Source: Nitrososphaerota archaeon
Lineage (GTDB): Archaea > Thermoproteota > Nitrososphaeria > Nitrososphaerales > Nitrosopumilaceae
Direction of reading: 5' to 3'
Length of the DNA stretch: 64,000 bases
Assembly: GCA_028867755.1 (NCBI GenBank)
Contig: JAGWFT010000001.1
Span: 612,727-676,726 of the forward strand
The notes under the pieces were generated by a model. It did no database searches. It saw nothing but the letters and a program-made list of their open reading frames with translations, and was not told where the DNA came from. The stretch's first letter is position 1. Each line of letters begins with the position of its first letter. Both the position numbers and the translations under genes were made by a program. Positions 8,835-19,435 of this stretch are shown piece by piece.

Positions 8835-9789
8835 TTTATCAGATTACAAAACCGAAGTCCATAACGATTGGTGTCCAGGATGTGGGGATTTTGGCATTGT
8901 AAATGCAATCCAAATGGCACTTGCGGAGATGGAGATTCCAAGGCACAAGGCAGCAATATTTTCAGGAGTTGGCTGTTCTGGCAAGACATCTCATTTTATC
9001 AACACATATGGTGTTCATACGTTACACGGTAGGGTTCTTACTTTTGCTCAGGGTGCCAAGCTTGCAAATCCTGGGATGACAGTTGTTGCTGCTGGAGGTG
9101 ATGGTGATGGACTTGGTATCGGAGCAGGACATTTTGTTGCAGCGGGAAGAAGAAATGTGGACATGACATACATCATATTCAATAATGCAGTTTATGGTTT
9201 AACAAAGGGTCAAGCATCCCCAACTCTAAAGCTTGGATTGAAAACCAAATCGTTGCCAGAACCAAATGTAAACCAGTCTGTAAATCCAATCGCACTTGCA
9301 ATTGCAAGTGGATTTACATTTGTCGCAAGAGGATACGCCTATGATGTAAGGCAATTAAAGGATCTAATTGTAGCGGCTGTAAAGCACAGAGGTCTTGCAT
9401 TTCTTGATGTTTTACAACCATGTCCTACCTACAATGACATAAACACAAGAGACTGGTTTGCAGGAATGGATAACATTGATGAAATCACAAAAAAACCTCT
9501 ACCGAGAATCTACAAACTAGAAGATACGGGGTATGATCCCGTAGTACATATTGATTCTACAATGGAAGAAAATGAGAAACTCACACAGGCTTTAATAAAA
9601 TCAAATGAATGGGATGCAAAGATTCCAACAGGTATCTTCTACAAGAACGAGCTCATTGCACCATATGACCAACGAATCTCTGATAGGATACCAAATTATC
9701 TTGAAAATCCACCTGCATCTCAAGAAATTTCTAACAACGGTAAACCTATAACCAATATTTCAAAAATCTTGGATTCACTTGAGGTTTAG
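8824..9789 (+). CDS. 2-oxoacid:ferredoxin oxidoreductase beta subunit
   Basis: WCPGCGD, SGVGCS, HGR, TPP-binding GDGD...[10 protein letters not shown]. Confidence 0.95.
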
Positions 9790-9906
9790 AGTTTTAGTTT
9801 AAGTGTGAGTCAAAGATACCTTTTAGTCCTGTGTTCGACTTTTGTAAAATTCCGTTAACGTTAATGATATAAGTTATTAGCATGATAACAAAAGAGTAGT
9901 TCTACA

Positions 9907-10341
9907 TTGAATTTAGAGGAAGTTAATAAGATATTCCGCAAATCAATTATCAAGGGATACTTTGAGCCCAGCCTTCTGAACCTAGATTTTAAAAAGTCAA
10001 ACCTAAAACATCCAACCATACGGGATGATGGTCTTATGCAAACAAATCTTCTTCACCTATTCTTTGATATTGAAACAGGTTATGATTATCCTGATGGCGA
10101 TGAATGGTTTATGGCAGAGTTTCTCTTTCCTCATAATGTTAAACTTCCTGACAGTCTCAAAGGCCCAGATTACTTTAGTACTATGTCAGTTGGTGAGGGA
10201 AAAAATTTTTGGAGACATAGAGAGCTCATCAGATACAAGTACGGCAAATCAAAAAAACTTGAAGAATCCTTGGATTTTATAGAAAAAAAATATCGTGAAT
10301 TGCATTCTTTACTGGAACCTCTAGAAAAAGAGATCAAGTAA
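9907..10341 (+). CDS. Hypothetical protein
   Basis: 144-aa ORF with normal composition filling the intergenic space; no motif recognised. Confidence 0.65.
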   Translation: MNLEEVNKIFRKSIIKGYFEPSLLNLDFKKSNLKHPTIRDDGLMQTNLLHLFFDIETGYDYPDGDEWFMAEFLFPHNVKLPDSLKGPDYFSTMSVGEGKNFWRHRELIRYKYGKSKKLEESLDFIEKKYRELHSLLEPLEKEIK

Positions 10342-10867
10342 TTTTCCACTCGTTCTGTGAGAAACCATACGTTTCATTTTCTGATGTTGCTGAATCAATG
10401 TTCCATCTCTCAGTTTTATCATTAAAATTATAAACAATTTCAGTGATACTTGCAGGTATTTTGTGTGGATCAAGATGATAAGGAAGAAGTTCTAAAACAA
10501 AACTTGTCTTCTCTATAGCAGAATCAAACAAGTTTTTGTCATCTAGATCTAACATGAATTTTATGCTCGGTTTCCCAATAAATTTAATGTAAACTCGCAG
10601 CGTCCTTCCTCCGCCACGTCTTCTTTTTAATTCCTTTAGAATTGCCTTGAACTTGTCCCATCTTGCGTTTCCAAACCATTTGAAGAATGCGTCATTGAAT
10701 GCAAGAGGAAAAACAATGTCAATCATTGTGGTGAAATCTTCATCTGGTTGTTCTCGTGGATCTTCTTTTACTTGGAATAAACTATGAAGAAGACTGTATA
10801 ACACCTCCAATTCCCATGGGGATACACCATAGAATCTAAGCGAGAGAGGAAGCTTGGAACTCATCAC
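10334..10867 (-). CDS. Hypothetical protein
   Basis: 177-aa ORF convergent with the preceding gene; no motif recognised. Confidence 0.65.
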   Translation of the reverse strand: MMSSKLPLSLRFYGVSPWELEVLYSLLHSLFQVKEDPREQPDEDFTTMIDIVFPLAFNDAFFKWFGNARWDKFKAILKELKRRRGGGRTLRVYIKFIGKPSIKFMLDLDDKNLFDSAIEKTSFVLELLPYHLDPHKIPASITEIVYNFNDKTERWNIDSATSENETYGFSQNEWKIT

Positions 10868-10968
10868 ATATAATTCTAAAAAATTCTAATTAAAGCTTCA
10901 ATTCCGCTCTAGGAATAGATTATTTCTATCCTTTACCTGAATTGATTATTGCTTGTATTGATGTGCAT

Positions 10969-11397
10969 CTAGATGATGGCTAGATTGTTGGCAATATAAG
11001 ATCTGACTAGCTCATTTGCCCTTTGGTATTGGTACTCTGAATCTCCTATCTTTGCATAATAAATATCATTTAGCATCGTTTTCTCCTCTCTTGTCACCTC
11101 TCTGTGTAGTAGTGTATCATAACTGGGACCATCGTAAAATATAATCTTGATAAACCCAATGATCCTTTTTACGAATGAATTGCCGTGTGATATGCGATTT
11201 GTGTTCTTTACAACAATAGCTTCTCCAATAAAGCAATGTCTACTGTTTTCCTGTCTTAGTGTGCCGCTAGTTACTGATGATGATATTTTAGATCTTTGTA
11301 GTGAAGAAAGCTGGTTCCATAGCCAATCCACTTTGCTCAGGTATTCTAACTCATGTATATTCAATTGATGGCTGTTGTCATACCATGACATTGCCAT
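10969..11397 (-). CDS. Hypothetical protein (possibly lineage-specific)
   Basis: 142-aa ORF with an upstream AT-rich TATA-like element; no motif recognised. Confidence 0.5.
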   Translation of the reverse strand: MAMSWYDNSHQLNIHELEYLSKVDWLWNQLSSLQRSKISSSVTSGTLRQENSRHCFIGEAIVVKNTNRISHGNSFVKRIIGFIKIIFYDGPSYDTLLHREVTREEKTMLNDIYYAKIGDSEYQYQRANELVRSYIANNLAII

Positions 11398-11455
11398 GTA
11401 TTATCTAAGTCGAGGATTGATTTAAGAATTAAATCGTATGGCTAATTCCATAGTT

Positions 11456-12007
11456 CTAAATTGTCAAGATATATTTGAAGAGATACAATATGCCTGTTGC
11501 TCCTATGAAAAATACCATTGGCTTCCAGGCCAAAACTGGAAAACTTGGGGTCTTTAGCTGAACCTTATAGTTGTCAACAACTGCCTTGACATATTTTCTT
11601 ATTCTTTCATTCCAGATTTTGTACTCGACTTGATGCTTTTTGAGCAGTGTTTCGATTTCGTATAGTACGGGTGTTCGCTGACAAAAGAGATGTTGCAAAT
11701 AGTCTCGTGAAACCTCGACTTCGGCTTGTATTGCAACCAGACCTTTCTTCATTTCTAGTAACCTCACATGCATTTCCCATGGTTTTTTTAGTTTCAACGA
11801 AAGACCATGGCCTATTTGTAATGTCTGCTTGTGTTCAAATTTGACATGAGTGAAACCCTCATGAGCAAAGATCTTTAGCATTTCTTCAACACTTTTCTTT
11901 ACCACTATGGTGAGTTGTTCTACTCCGTTTGTATCCACCTTTACCATCTCTCTCATACCATCTAGGAGTGATACTGTCTTTGGATATCTAGTGAAAAACT
12001 CTACCAT
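11456..12007 (-). CDS. Hypothetical protein with a C-terminal membrane anchor
   Basis: 183-aa ORF ending in the hydrophobic segment PMVFFIGATGILYLFKYILTI. Confidence 0.7.
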   Translation of the reverse strand: MVEFFTRYPKTVSLLDGMREMVKVDTNGVEQLTIVVKKSVEEMLKIFAHEGFTHVKFEHKQTLQIGHGLSLKLKKPWEMHVRLLEMKKGLVAIQAEVEVSRDYLQHLFCQRTPVLYEIETLLKKHQVEYKIWNERIRKYVKAVVDNYKVQLKTPSFPVLAWKPMVFFIGATGILYLFKYILTI

Positions 12008-12048
12008 AACCTGCCGTCAAATTCAGCTCTATTAAAACTATAGTTGTA

Positions 12049-12819
12049 TCATATTCTTGTCCCTAGTCCACGAACATATACACACTGGTCATATGAGATG
12101 GCCATCTCATTTTCTTGAATTCGTCTATCTGTGAGTGTGATTCCAGCATCTCTTATGAGTACAGCAGGAATAGCGTCTGCTCCTTCTCCCATCTTGAGGT
12201 TTGCAATCGATGCCAGGTCATCAGCAACAGCCTGTAATGTTACCTTGAGTGGATTTCCATACAAATCCTTCTGGCCTCTAAGATCTGATAGTGGTTCTAT
12301 ACCTGCACATGCAATTGTAACACCTACAGTTCCTGATCTTGCTGGCATCAACCTGCTGTCTATTATGATGATTCCGACATGAACCTGATATGTGAGCAAA
12401 AACTTGCGTCTGAGCTGCTCTGATACTACATAAGGATCATTAGGGTATAGAATCACAGCTCCCTTTTTTGCATTAGATTTGTCAATGCCTGCATTTGGTG
12501 CCATGATGTAATCTGACGATGTTATCACAAATCCCGGAATGCCTCCAAATATTACATCTGATTCTCTTATGATGATCTCAGCTATCTCTGGTTTGATGTG
12601 AAACTTTGACGCAACAGTTGTTGCCTCCAAAGATGGTGACACCTTATCATATTCTACTATTCTGTCTTGAGAATTTGCAACATACTTGCTTGATATTGAT
12701 ATAACGTCTCCATTTTGAGGTGTTAATCCCTCATTTTGAAGATCTGATCTGAGACTTTCGAACAGATCAAATCTTTTAGTCTTGGGGGAGGATTTTATTG
12801 GAAATACTGAAAGTGGCAT
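12049..12819 (-). CDS. cofE: Coenzyme F420-0:L-glutamate ligase
   Basis: SSKYV, PNAGIDKSN, IIDSRLMPARSG, DLRGQKDLYGNPLKVT, KMGEG. Confidence 0.9.
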   Translation of the reverse strand: MPLSVFPIKSSPKTKRFDLFESLRSDLQNEGLTPQNGDVISISSKYVANSQDRIVEYDKVSPSLEATTVASKFHIKPEIAEIIIRESDVIFGGIPGFVITSSDYIMAPNAGIDKSNAKKGAVILYPNDPYVVSEQLRRKFLLTYQVHVGIIIIDSRLMPARSGTVGVTIACAGIEPLSDLRGQKDLYGNPLKVTLQAVADDLASIANLKMGEGADAIPAVLIRDAGITLTDRRIQENEMAISYDQCVYVRGLGTRI

Positions 12820-12867
12820 GAATATCTATGATTGAATTTACTATTTAGCGTTCTGCAGATGGCACAA

Positions 12868-13494
12868 TTATTCAGGCGTACTTGATCTTTTTTGCTTTGC
12901 AAGAATCTTTTTTCTAACTATGAACCCGGCAAGACCTACAGCAATAGATACAAGAGCACCATCAACCAAAAGGTGTCTATTATCTGTGTTAATGGTTGTA
13001 TTGGTACTGTTTGCAGAGCCGATCTGAGACGTTGTATTGGAAACAGTTTGGTTTGATGTTTGTAATTCTCCCTGTCCTATGTAAATAGGAAAGGTAACCT
13101 CATCTAGTTGAGATGAACTATCTTTTGAAAAAGCAGTATCATTTAGGTCTACTTCCACTTGATAGCTTCCAGGATAATCAAATTGATATGGTATTCCAAC
13201 CTTTCCTGTAATTGTAGATCCTCCTGGCAGTATGAGTAGCTGAGAAGTTTCATTTCTTATGATAAACTTGTAATAAATGTCTCCGCGTGGGGCTTTAGTC
13301 TGTGGGTCTATAAACTGGATGAGAATGATAGTGGGTTGACCTGTGATGGGGTCTGCCGGAGCAGTTGAGAGATTAACATATGCTAGTCCCTTACTTGATA
13401 ATCTGGTTTGTGGCACAGATTCTTCTTGAGCATAGACTATGTGTTGGAATAATAATGCAAGCATGACAAAAGCTGACAATTTTAACAATGTCAA
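12868..13494 (-). CDS. Secreted/membrane-anchored hypothetical protein
   Basis: Signal peptide, beta-rich Ig-like core, S/T/N linker, C-terminal TM helix plus basic tail. Confidence 0.7.
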   Translation of the reverse strand: MTLLKLSAFVMLALLFQHIVYAQEESVPQTRLSSKGLAYVNLSTAPADPITGQPTIILIQFIDPQTKAPRGDIYYKFIIRNETSQLLILPGGSTITGKVGIPYQFDYPGSYQVEVDLNDTAFSKDSSSQLDEVTFPIYIGQGELQTSNQTVSNTTSQIGSANSTNTTINTDNRHLLVDGALVSIAVGLAGFIVRKKILAKQKRSSTPE

Positions 13495-13585
13495 AACTAA
13501 TCTTTTTTAGATGACTTTTATTGGAATGTAAACGTTTGGAGGAATTCTTCTGCAAACGTTTTAATTTCTAAAAGGATCATTTCTC

Positions 13586-14860
13586 TTGTTGAATATAACT
13601 GAAAAAATTCTAGCTAGAGCATCAGGAAAAACCAGAGTCTCGCCAGATGATGTTGTGTTTGCTAATGTAGATAAAGTAATGATGCATGATGTGTCTGGGC
13701 CAGGTGTAATCGCAGTATTTGAAAAGCTAAAGAAGACTGGGATGAAGATTGAAAAATTATGGGCTCCGGAAAAAGTGTGGGTTGCTGAGGATCATTTTGT
13801 ACCAGCAGCTGATAAAGTATCTGCTCAAAATGTGGTTTTATTAACACAGTTCACAAAACAGTATGGCATAGGAAAGCATTTCAAATATGGAATGGGTCAG
13901 TATGGTATTTGCCATACGCTTTCCCATGAAGAGGCTATGGTATTGCCAGGTGAAGTCTACGTTGGAGGAGACTCGCATACCAATACCACTGGTGCTCTGG
14001 GTGCATTTGCGGCAGGACTTGGGCATACTGATGTGGCATATGTTCTGTTAAATGGAAAGATCTGGTTCAAGATTCCAGAGACATTATACTTTAAGCTAAA
14101 TGGAAAATTGCCAGATTATGTGATGGCAAAGGATCTGATATTGAAAATAATTGGAGATATTGGAACAGATGGTGCAGCATACAAGACAATGCAATTTGGA
14201 GGATCTGGAATTTCTGAAATGTCTGTTGAGGAGAGATTAACCTTAACTAATATGACTACTGAAGCTGGAGCAAAAAGCGGAATAATAGAGCCAGATCAAA
14301 AAATAAGAGATTATCTTGTACAGAGAGGAGCGACCAACTACAATGAAGTTCATGGGGATGCCGACTCGCAATATTCCAAAGTCTACGAGTATGATGCTGC
14401 TGAACTTGACCCAATTGTAGCTAAACCATTCTCTCCAGAGAATGTTGCAGTTGTACGAGATCTGTCATCTATATCACTTGACAAGGCATACATTGGTTCA
14501 TGTACTGGAGCAAAACTTGAGGACTTGAGAGCAGCTGCAAAAATACTCAAGGGAAGGACTGTAAAGATTAGGACCGAAATACTTCCTGCAGCGATATCTA
14601 TCTTCAAGAAGGCGATGGATGAGGGACTGGTAAAGATCTTCATGGATGCAGGGGCAATGGTAGGACCACCAACCTGTGGAGCCTGTTGTGGTGCACATAT
14701 GGGAGTCTTGGCAAAAGACGAGGTATGCATAAGCACCACTAATAGAAACTTCCCAGGCAGAATGGGGCATGTTGAATCAAAAACATATCTTGCTTCACCA
14801 CTTGTTGCAGCAGCATCTGCAATTACAGGTAAAATTACAGACCCGAGGGATATCAAATGA
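13586..14860 (+). CDS. Archaeal-type aconitase-family hydro-lyase large subunit (homoaconitase / isopropylmalate-citramalate isomerase type)
   Basis: MHD, DH, GICH, GGDSHT, IGSCTG, PTCGACCG, STTNRNFPGRMG; short 424-aa archaeal form. Confidence 0.92.
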   Translation: MLNITEKILARASGKTRVSPDDVVFANVDKVMMHDVSGPGVIAVFEKLKKTGMKIEKLWAPEKVWVAEDHFVPAADKVSAQNVVLLTQFTKQYGIGKHFKYGMGQYGICHTLSHEEAMVLPGEVYVGGDSHTNTTGALGAFAAGLGHTDVAYVLLNGKIWFKIPETLYFKLNGKLPDYVMAKDLILKIIGDIGTDGAAYKTMQFGGSGISEMSVEERLTLTNMTTEAGAKSGIIEPDQKIRDYLVQRGATNYNEVHGDADSQYSKVYEYDAAELDPIVAKPFSPENVAVVRDLSSISLDKAYIGSCTGAKLEDLRAAAKILKGRTVKIRTEILPAAISIFKKAMDEGLVKIFMDAGAMVGPPTCGACCGAHMGVLAKDEVCISTTNRNFPGRMGHVESKTYLASPLVAAASAITGKITDPRDIK

Positions 14861-15339
14861 AAGGTTCTGTAATAAAATATGAAAGAGACAATATTGACAC
14901 TGATGTGATCTTACCAGGACCATATCTCAAGATTCATGACTATGCGGAGCTTGCAACACATGCAATGGAAGGAATTGACAAAGATTTCCACAAAAAAGTA
15001 AAACCAGGAGATTTCATAGTTACGGGCAGAAATTTTGGTTGCGGTTCATCTAGGGAACATGCACCAATAGCTCTGTCATATTCTGGGGTCAAGGCGGTTC
15101 TGGCAATCTCATTTGCAAGAATCTTCTACCGAAATGCGGTAGATGGAGCATTCTTGTTACCTATAGAAATAGAAGAGAATACCTACAAGGACATATCTGA
15201 AGGAGATCAGCTCGAGATTGACACATCTAAAAATGAAATAAGGAATATCACAAAAAGCAAGACTTACAATATGAGACCATTTCCAGAATTGATAGGAAAA
15301 ATAATTGCAGCAGGTGGGCTGTTCAATTATAAACCATAG
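14857..15339 (+). CDS. Archaeal-type hydro-lyase small subunit (LeuD/HacB type)
   Basis: DNIDTDVILPGPYL, NFGCGSSREHA, SFARIFYRN. Confidence 0.92.
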   Translation: MKGSVIKYERDNIDTDVILPGPYLKIHDYAELATHAMEGIDKDFHKKVKPGDFIVTGRNFGCGSSREHAPIALSYSGVKAVLAISFARIFYRNAVDGAFLLPIEIEENTYKDISEGDQLEIDTSKNEIRNITKSKTYNMRPFPELIGKIIAAGGLFNYKP

Positions 15340-15407
15340 TAAAATAACTGTCTAAAACAATTCTTTGTTATACCATTATATCTCCGATTTGAAGGTAAAT
15401 ACTTTAG

Positions 15408-16823
15408 ATGACAAAGACCTTATTTGAAAAAATCTGGGACTCGCATGTAGTATTAGATGAGGGAAATGGACGTTCTTTACTATATGTTGACAGGCATCTA
15501 GTACACGAGGTTACATCACCGCAGGCCTTTGATGGCTTGCGTATAGCCAAGAGAAAGGTGAGAAGAACAGATCTTACTTTTGCAACAATGGATCATAATG
15601 TGCCAACAAATAACAGATCATTACCCCTAGTAGACCAAACTTCTGCAATGCAGATAAAGACACTTGAAAGAAACTGTAAAGATTTTGGCATTGAGCTTTT
15701 TGATATAGATAGCCCAGACCAAGGAATAGTTCATGTTATAGGACCTGAGCTTGGTATAACATTGCCAGGAACGACCATTGTTTGTGGTGACAGTCATACT
15801 TCGACACATGGAGCTTTTGGTGCACTTGCCTTTGGAATTGGCACAAGTGATGTAGAGCATGTATTAGCTACTCAATGCATATGGCTGGAAAAGCCAAAAA
15901 CATTCGAGATTCGTGTGGAAGGAAAGCGAAAAAATCCCCACGCAGTAACTGCAAAGGATATCATATTATCAATAATACGAAAAATTGGTACTGCTGGTGG
16001 TACAGGTGCAGCATTTGAGTATAGAGGAGAGGCAATCTCTGAACTTAGCATGGAACAAAGGATGACAATATGTAACATGTCAATTGAAGGAGGGGCACGA
16101 GCTGGCCTTGTAGCCCCAGATAAAAAGACATTTGATTATTTACGAGGCAGAAGATATGTCCCAAAAAATTATGATGCATTAGTCGAGTATTGGCAAGAAA
16201 ACTTGAAGACTGATAGTAATGTGCAATTTGACAAAAGTTTTACATTGCATGCAGACACCATTGCACCTCAGGTTAGTTGGGGCACAAATCCTGCAATGAC
16301 TGTTGACGTTACAGGAAAGGTTCCGTTTCCTGAAGAATATGCACAAGGAAGCATAGAGGAAGAAAAAGCTGCATCCAAAGCACTACAATACATGGGGCTA
16401 AAACCAGGAACCTCTATTACAGACATTGATCTAGACCGAGTCTTCATCGGCTCTTGTACAAATTCTAGGCTTGAAGACTTGACCGAGGCTGCAAGAGTGG
16501 TAAAAGGAAAGAAGGTTTCATCAAAAGTAAGAGCAATGATTGTACCAGGTTCACAGCATGTAAAGAGACAAGCAGAGGAACTGGGTCTTGATAGAGTCTT
16601 CAAGGATGCAGGTTTTGAGTGGCGTGAGTCAGGATGTAGCATGTGCCTTGGAATGAATCCAGATATACTATCTGCCGGGGAGCGATGTGCTAGTACTTCT
16701 AACAGAAATTTCGAAGGCAGACAAGGTTCTGGTGGTAGAACTCATCTTGTTAGTCCAGTAATGGCAGCTGCTGCAGCAATTCGGGGACATTTTGTTGATG
16801 TACGAGATCTGGACTTGAACTGA
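15408..16823 (+). CDS. leuC: 3-isopropylmalate dehydratase large subunit (bacterial type)
   Basis: [60 protein letters not shown]. Confidence 0.95.
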   Translation: MTKTLFEKIWDSHVVLDEGNGRSLLYVDRHLVHEVTSPQAFDGLRIAKRKVRRTDLTFATMDHNVPTNNRSLPLVDQTSAMQIKTLERNCKDFGIELFDIDSPDQGIVHVIGPELGITLPGTTIVCGDSHTSTHGAFGALAFGIGTSDVEHVLATQCIWLEKPKTFEIRVEGKRKNPHAVTAKDIILSIIRKIGTAGGTGAAFEYRGEAISELSMEQRMTICNMSIEGGARAGLVAPDKKTFDYLRGRRYVPKNYDALVEYWQENLKTDSNVQFDKSFTLHADTIAPQVSWGTNPAMTVDVTGKVPFPEEYAQGSIEEEKAASKALQYMGLKPGTSITDIDLDRVFIGSCTNSRLEDLTEAARVVKGKKVSSKVRAMIVPGSQHVKRQAEELGLDRVFKDAGFEWRESGCSMCLGMNPDILSAGERCASTSNRNFEGRQGSGGRTHLVSPVMAAAAAIRGHFVDVRDLDLN

Positions 16824-16824
16824 A

Positions 16825-17415
16825 ATGGAACCTTTTACAAAAATTAAGAGCATTGTAACTCCGCTTGACAAGGTTAACGTTGACACAGATCAGATAATCC
16901 CAAAGCAATTCCTAAAGCTAATTCAAAAAACTGGATTTGGCCAGTACCTCTTTTATGATTGGAGATATGAAAAAGATGGAACTCCGCGAAAAGACTTTGT
17001 CCTAAACGAGTCTAGATATAAAGATTCCAAGATATTGCTAACAAGAAATAATTTTGGATGTGGTTCAAGTAGGGAGCATGCAGCTTGGGCACTCTTAGAT
17101 TTTGGATTCCGAGCTATAATATCTACCTCATTTGCTGATATTTTTTACAATAATTGTTTCAAAAATGGTATACTTGCAATAAAGGTAAGCGAAGAAACAC
17201 TACAAAAATTATTTGAAAACACGTCTGAAATTGAGATAGACCTGGAAAAACAAATCATAAGTAATGATGGTACTATTACGTCTTTTGAGATTGAGCCTCA
17301 TTGGAAGAAAATTCTTCTTGAGGGCCTTGATGATATTGCAGTTACATTACAATACAATGATGAGATCTCAAAATATGAAAATAAACAGAGAAACTCTAAG
17401 ATCCGAGTTTCTTAA
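16825..17415 (+). CDS. leuD: 3-isopropylmalate dehydratase small subunit (bacterial type)
   Basis: NVDTDQIIPKQFL, NFGCGSSREHA, SFADIFYNN, LLEGLDDI. Confidence 0.95.
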   Translation: MEPFTKIKSIVTPLDKVNVDTDQIIPKQFLKLIQKTGFGQYLFYDWRYEKDGTPRKDFVLNESRYKDSKILLTRNNFGCGSSREHAAWALLDFGFRAIISTSFADIFYNNCFKNGILAIKVSEETLQKLFENTSEIEIDLEKQIISNDGTITSFEIEPHWKKILLEGLDDIAVTLQYNDEISKYENKQRNSKIRVS

Positions 17416-18130
17416 TTATTACACTTACTAGTTCTTTTTCTCTTTCTACACGGCTTGGGGAATCAACGTCAATCCATGGGCTCTTTCCTATGTCGTAGGC
17501 ACTAATCTTGCCTTCTTTTGATAGCGATTGTAGAATATCATATGAGAGATTCAATGCTTTTCTTCTAGTCTTTTTTAATTTGATTATCTTTAGAATTTTT
17601 GAATTTAATATGTAAACGCCAAGACATTCTGCCATCTCAAGTTTTATCATGGGTTTTTCCCTGAATTCAACGACAATCCCGTCTTCTACTATGGCATATC
17701 CAGTCTCTTCTTTTCTGTATCTTCTTGTAGCTATTGTGGCCAAAGTGTTTTGTTTTATGTGGAACTGGAACATATTTTTGATATCAATGGGTGTTAGGTT
17801 ATCCACAAACCATAACAGAAATTCTGCATTTTTTCCTAGCATTTTTTCTAAATGTACTAGATCTCCACCAGTTCCGCTCTGTGAGTCCTGAATGAATTTG
17901 AGAGGTTTTCCTGCTATTTTCTGATTTTCAAAATATCTTTCTATCTGCTTGCCAAGTCCATCAAAGTCTGCAAGAATGATTATCCCATCTATGATCTTAA
18001 ACGATGAAAGATATCTAACAATGTGTGCAATCAGTGGCTTTCCATGAATTGGTATCATTGCCTTTGGAATATAGTCTGTAAACGGCCTTCCACGTGTTCC
18101 ATGTCCGCCGGCCAGAATTACAGCTTTCAA
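17396..18130 (-). CDS. Sugar-phosphate nucleotidyltransferase family protein
   Basis: KAVILAGGHGTRGRPFT..IPKAMIPI signature; WIDVDS. Confidence 0.88.
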   Translation of the reverse strand: MKAVILAGGHGTRGRPFTDYIPKAMIPIHGKPLIAHIVRYLSSFKIIDGIIILADFDGLGKQIERYFENQKIAGKPLKFIQDSQSGTGGDLVHLEKMLGKNAEFLLWFVDNLTPIDIKNMFQFHIKQNTLATIATRRYRKEETGYAIVEDGIVVEFREKPMIKLEMAECLGVYILNSKILKIIKLKKTRRKALNLSYDILQSLSKEGKISAYDIGKSPWIDVDSPSRVEREKELVSVIIKKLGS

Positions 18131-18132
18131 AA

Positions 18133-18588
18133 CTATCTGTAAGATTTCTGTTTTCTTCTTCTGGCGCTTGGACCACCAAACTTCTTTGGTTCCTTTCTCC
18201 TGTCATCGCCACTAAGCAAGTGTTTATCATATTCTGAGATTTTCTTTTTTAGATCTTCGCGAACTGATCTTGTGAACGGATGGTCTTTTGGCTCTTTTCT
18301 TGTCTTTGTCCAGCCTGTCAGAGCTCTTGATATTGCAACAGCACTAGCATATGATTGTCCCATGAAGCCGCCTCCATGTACTCTAACTGAAAGATCAACT
18401 TTGTTTCTAAGTTCGCCTGTGAGTTCAAGCGGTGCAAGTATTACCTCTCTTGATATCTCTTGTTGAATCATCTCTACTGGAACATTGTTGATTCTAACTT
18501 GACCTTCTCCTTTTGTAATAAAAGCATGAGCTCGTGCGGCCTTTCTTGATGCAAAGTAAGTTTCAAGTTTTGCCATTATTCGTGCCAT
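18133..18588 (-). CDS. rps9: 30S ribosomal protein S9 (uS9)
   Basis: VHGGGFMGQ, DRRKEPKKFGGPSARRRKQKSYR. Confidence 0.97.
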   Translation of the reverse strand: MARIMAKLETYFASRKAARAHAFITKGEGQVRINNVPVEMIQQEISREVILAPLELTGELRNKVDLSVRVHGGGFMGQSYASAVAISRALTGWTKTRKEPKDHPFTRSVREDLKKKISEYDKHLLSGDDRRKEPKKFGGPSARRRKQKSYR

Positions 18589-19055
18589 CCTACTACTCTG
18601 CCTAGATCCCCAAAAGTTGTGTAATATGCAGCAGGCTTTCTTATTTTTGCATCATCAAACTGGGTAGTCTTTTTTGATCTTAATTCATTTGGAACTCCCA
18701 AGTATGCTCTCAATCTCTTCAAGGCTGTTTGGCCGGAAGGTTTGTTTTTTGGAAGCATACCTCGAACCATTTTCGTGATCATCGTATCAGGTCTACGAGG
18801 ATGGAATGGACCAAATTTAGGATTTGTAATACTTGCTATCTCAAGAAACTTTCTGTATTCTTCAATTATCATCATTTTGTTACCACTAAGCATGATGTTT
18901 TCAGAATTTACAATTGAAACTCTCGTTCCATTTATCAGTAATTTTGCAACATGTGAGCACAGTCTTCCTGCAATCTGATTCGTACCGTCTACAATTACAT
19001 CCTGTGGATTTTTAGATTCTGTCTTCTTTACTTGTGACTGTTCTTGCTTAACCAA
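18576..19055 (-). CDS. rpl13: 50S ribosomal protein L13 (uL13)
   Basis: VDGTNQIAGRL, GPFHPRRPD, VRGMLP. Confidence 0.96.
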   Translation of the reverse strand: MVKQEQSQVKKTESKNPQDVIVDGTNQIAGRLCSHVAKLLINGTRVSIVNSENIMLSGNKMMIIEEYRKFLEIASITNPKFGPFHPRRPDTMITKMVRGMLPKNKPSGQTALKRLRAYLGVPNELRSKKTTQFDDAKIRKPAAYYTTFGDLGRVVGWHE

Positions 19056-19395
19056 TTATTTTCACTCCTTTACCTGTTGGGTTGCTCTTAATCAACTGTG
19101 CAAAGTCTACAATCTTTCCGCCTGACTGTGTTACCTTCTTTGCTCCTGTTGTAGAGATTGAGAAAGAACACAATGTTATCTTGTGTGAAATATTTCCGGT
19201 ACCGAGAACTTTTCCAGGTACGACCACTACATCATTATCACTTACAAATCTGTTAATTTGACCTAGGTTGACTACTCTTTTTGTTCTGGATGGTTTTAAC
19301 GCCATCTCTGCAAGCTTTAACCAAATGGGAGCTTTATTCTTCTTTGAGGCTACCTTGAGCTCTTTTGCCATTTGTATAACAACTTGATTAGTCAT
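19048..19395 (-). CDS. rpl18e: 50S ribosomal protein L18e (eL18)
   Basis: VNLGQINR, VVVPGKVLGTG, GKGVKIIG; conserved order rpoD-L18e-L13-S9. Confidence 0.96.
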   Translation of the reverse strand: MTNQVVIQMAKELKVASKKNKAPIWLKLAEMALKPSRTKRVVNLGQINRFVSDNDVVVVPGKVLGTGNISHKITLCSFSISTTGAKKVTQSGGKIVDFAQLIKSNPTGKGVKIIG

Positions 19396-19435
19396 GTGTA
19401 ATTATGCCAATTTTTACCCAAATATAATATATGCT

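Noticed and set aside
9855-9889. Palindromes TTAACGTTAA and GTTAT-N7-ATAAC upstream of 9907
   Set aside because: Short and AT-rich, single copies; expected by chance.
14383-14856. Long antisense ORFs in the track (e.g. 14383-14856, 22264-22794, 28329-28784, 47768-48223, 5904-6368)
   Set aside because: They lie entirely opposite well-supported genes, lack motifs, and reflect codon bias or repeat structure.
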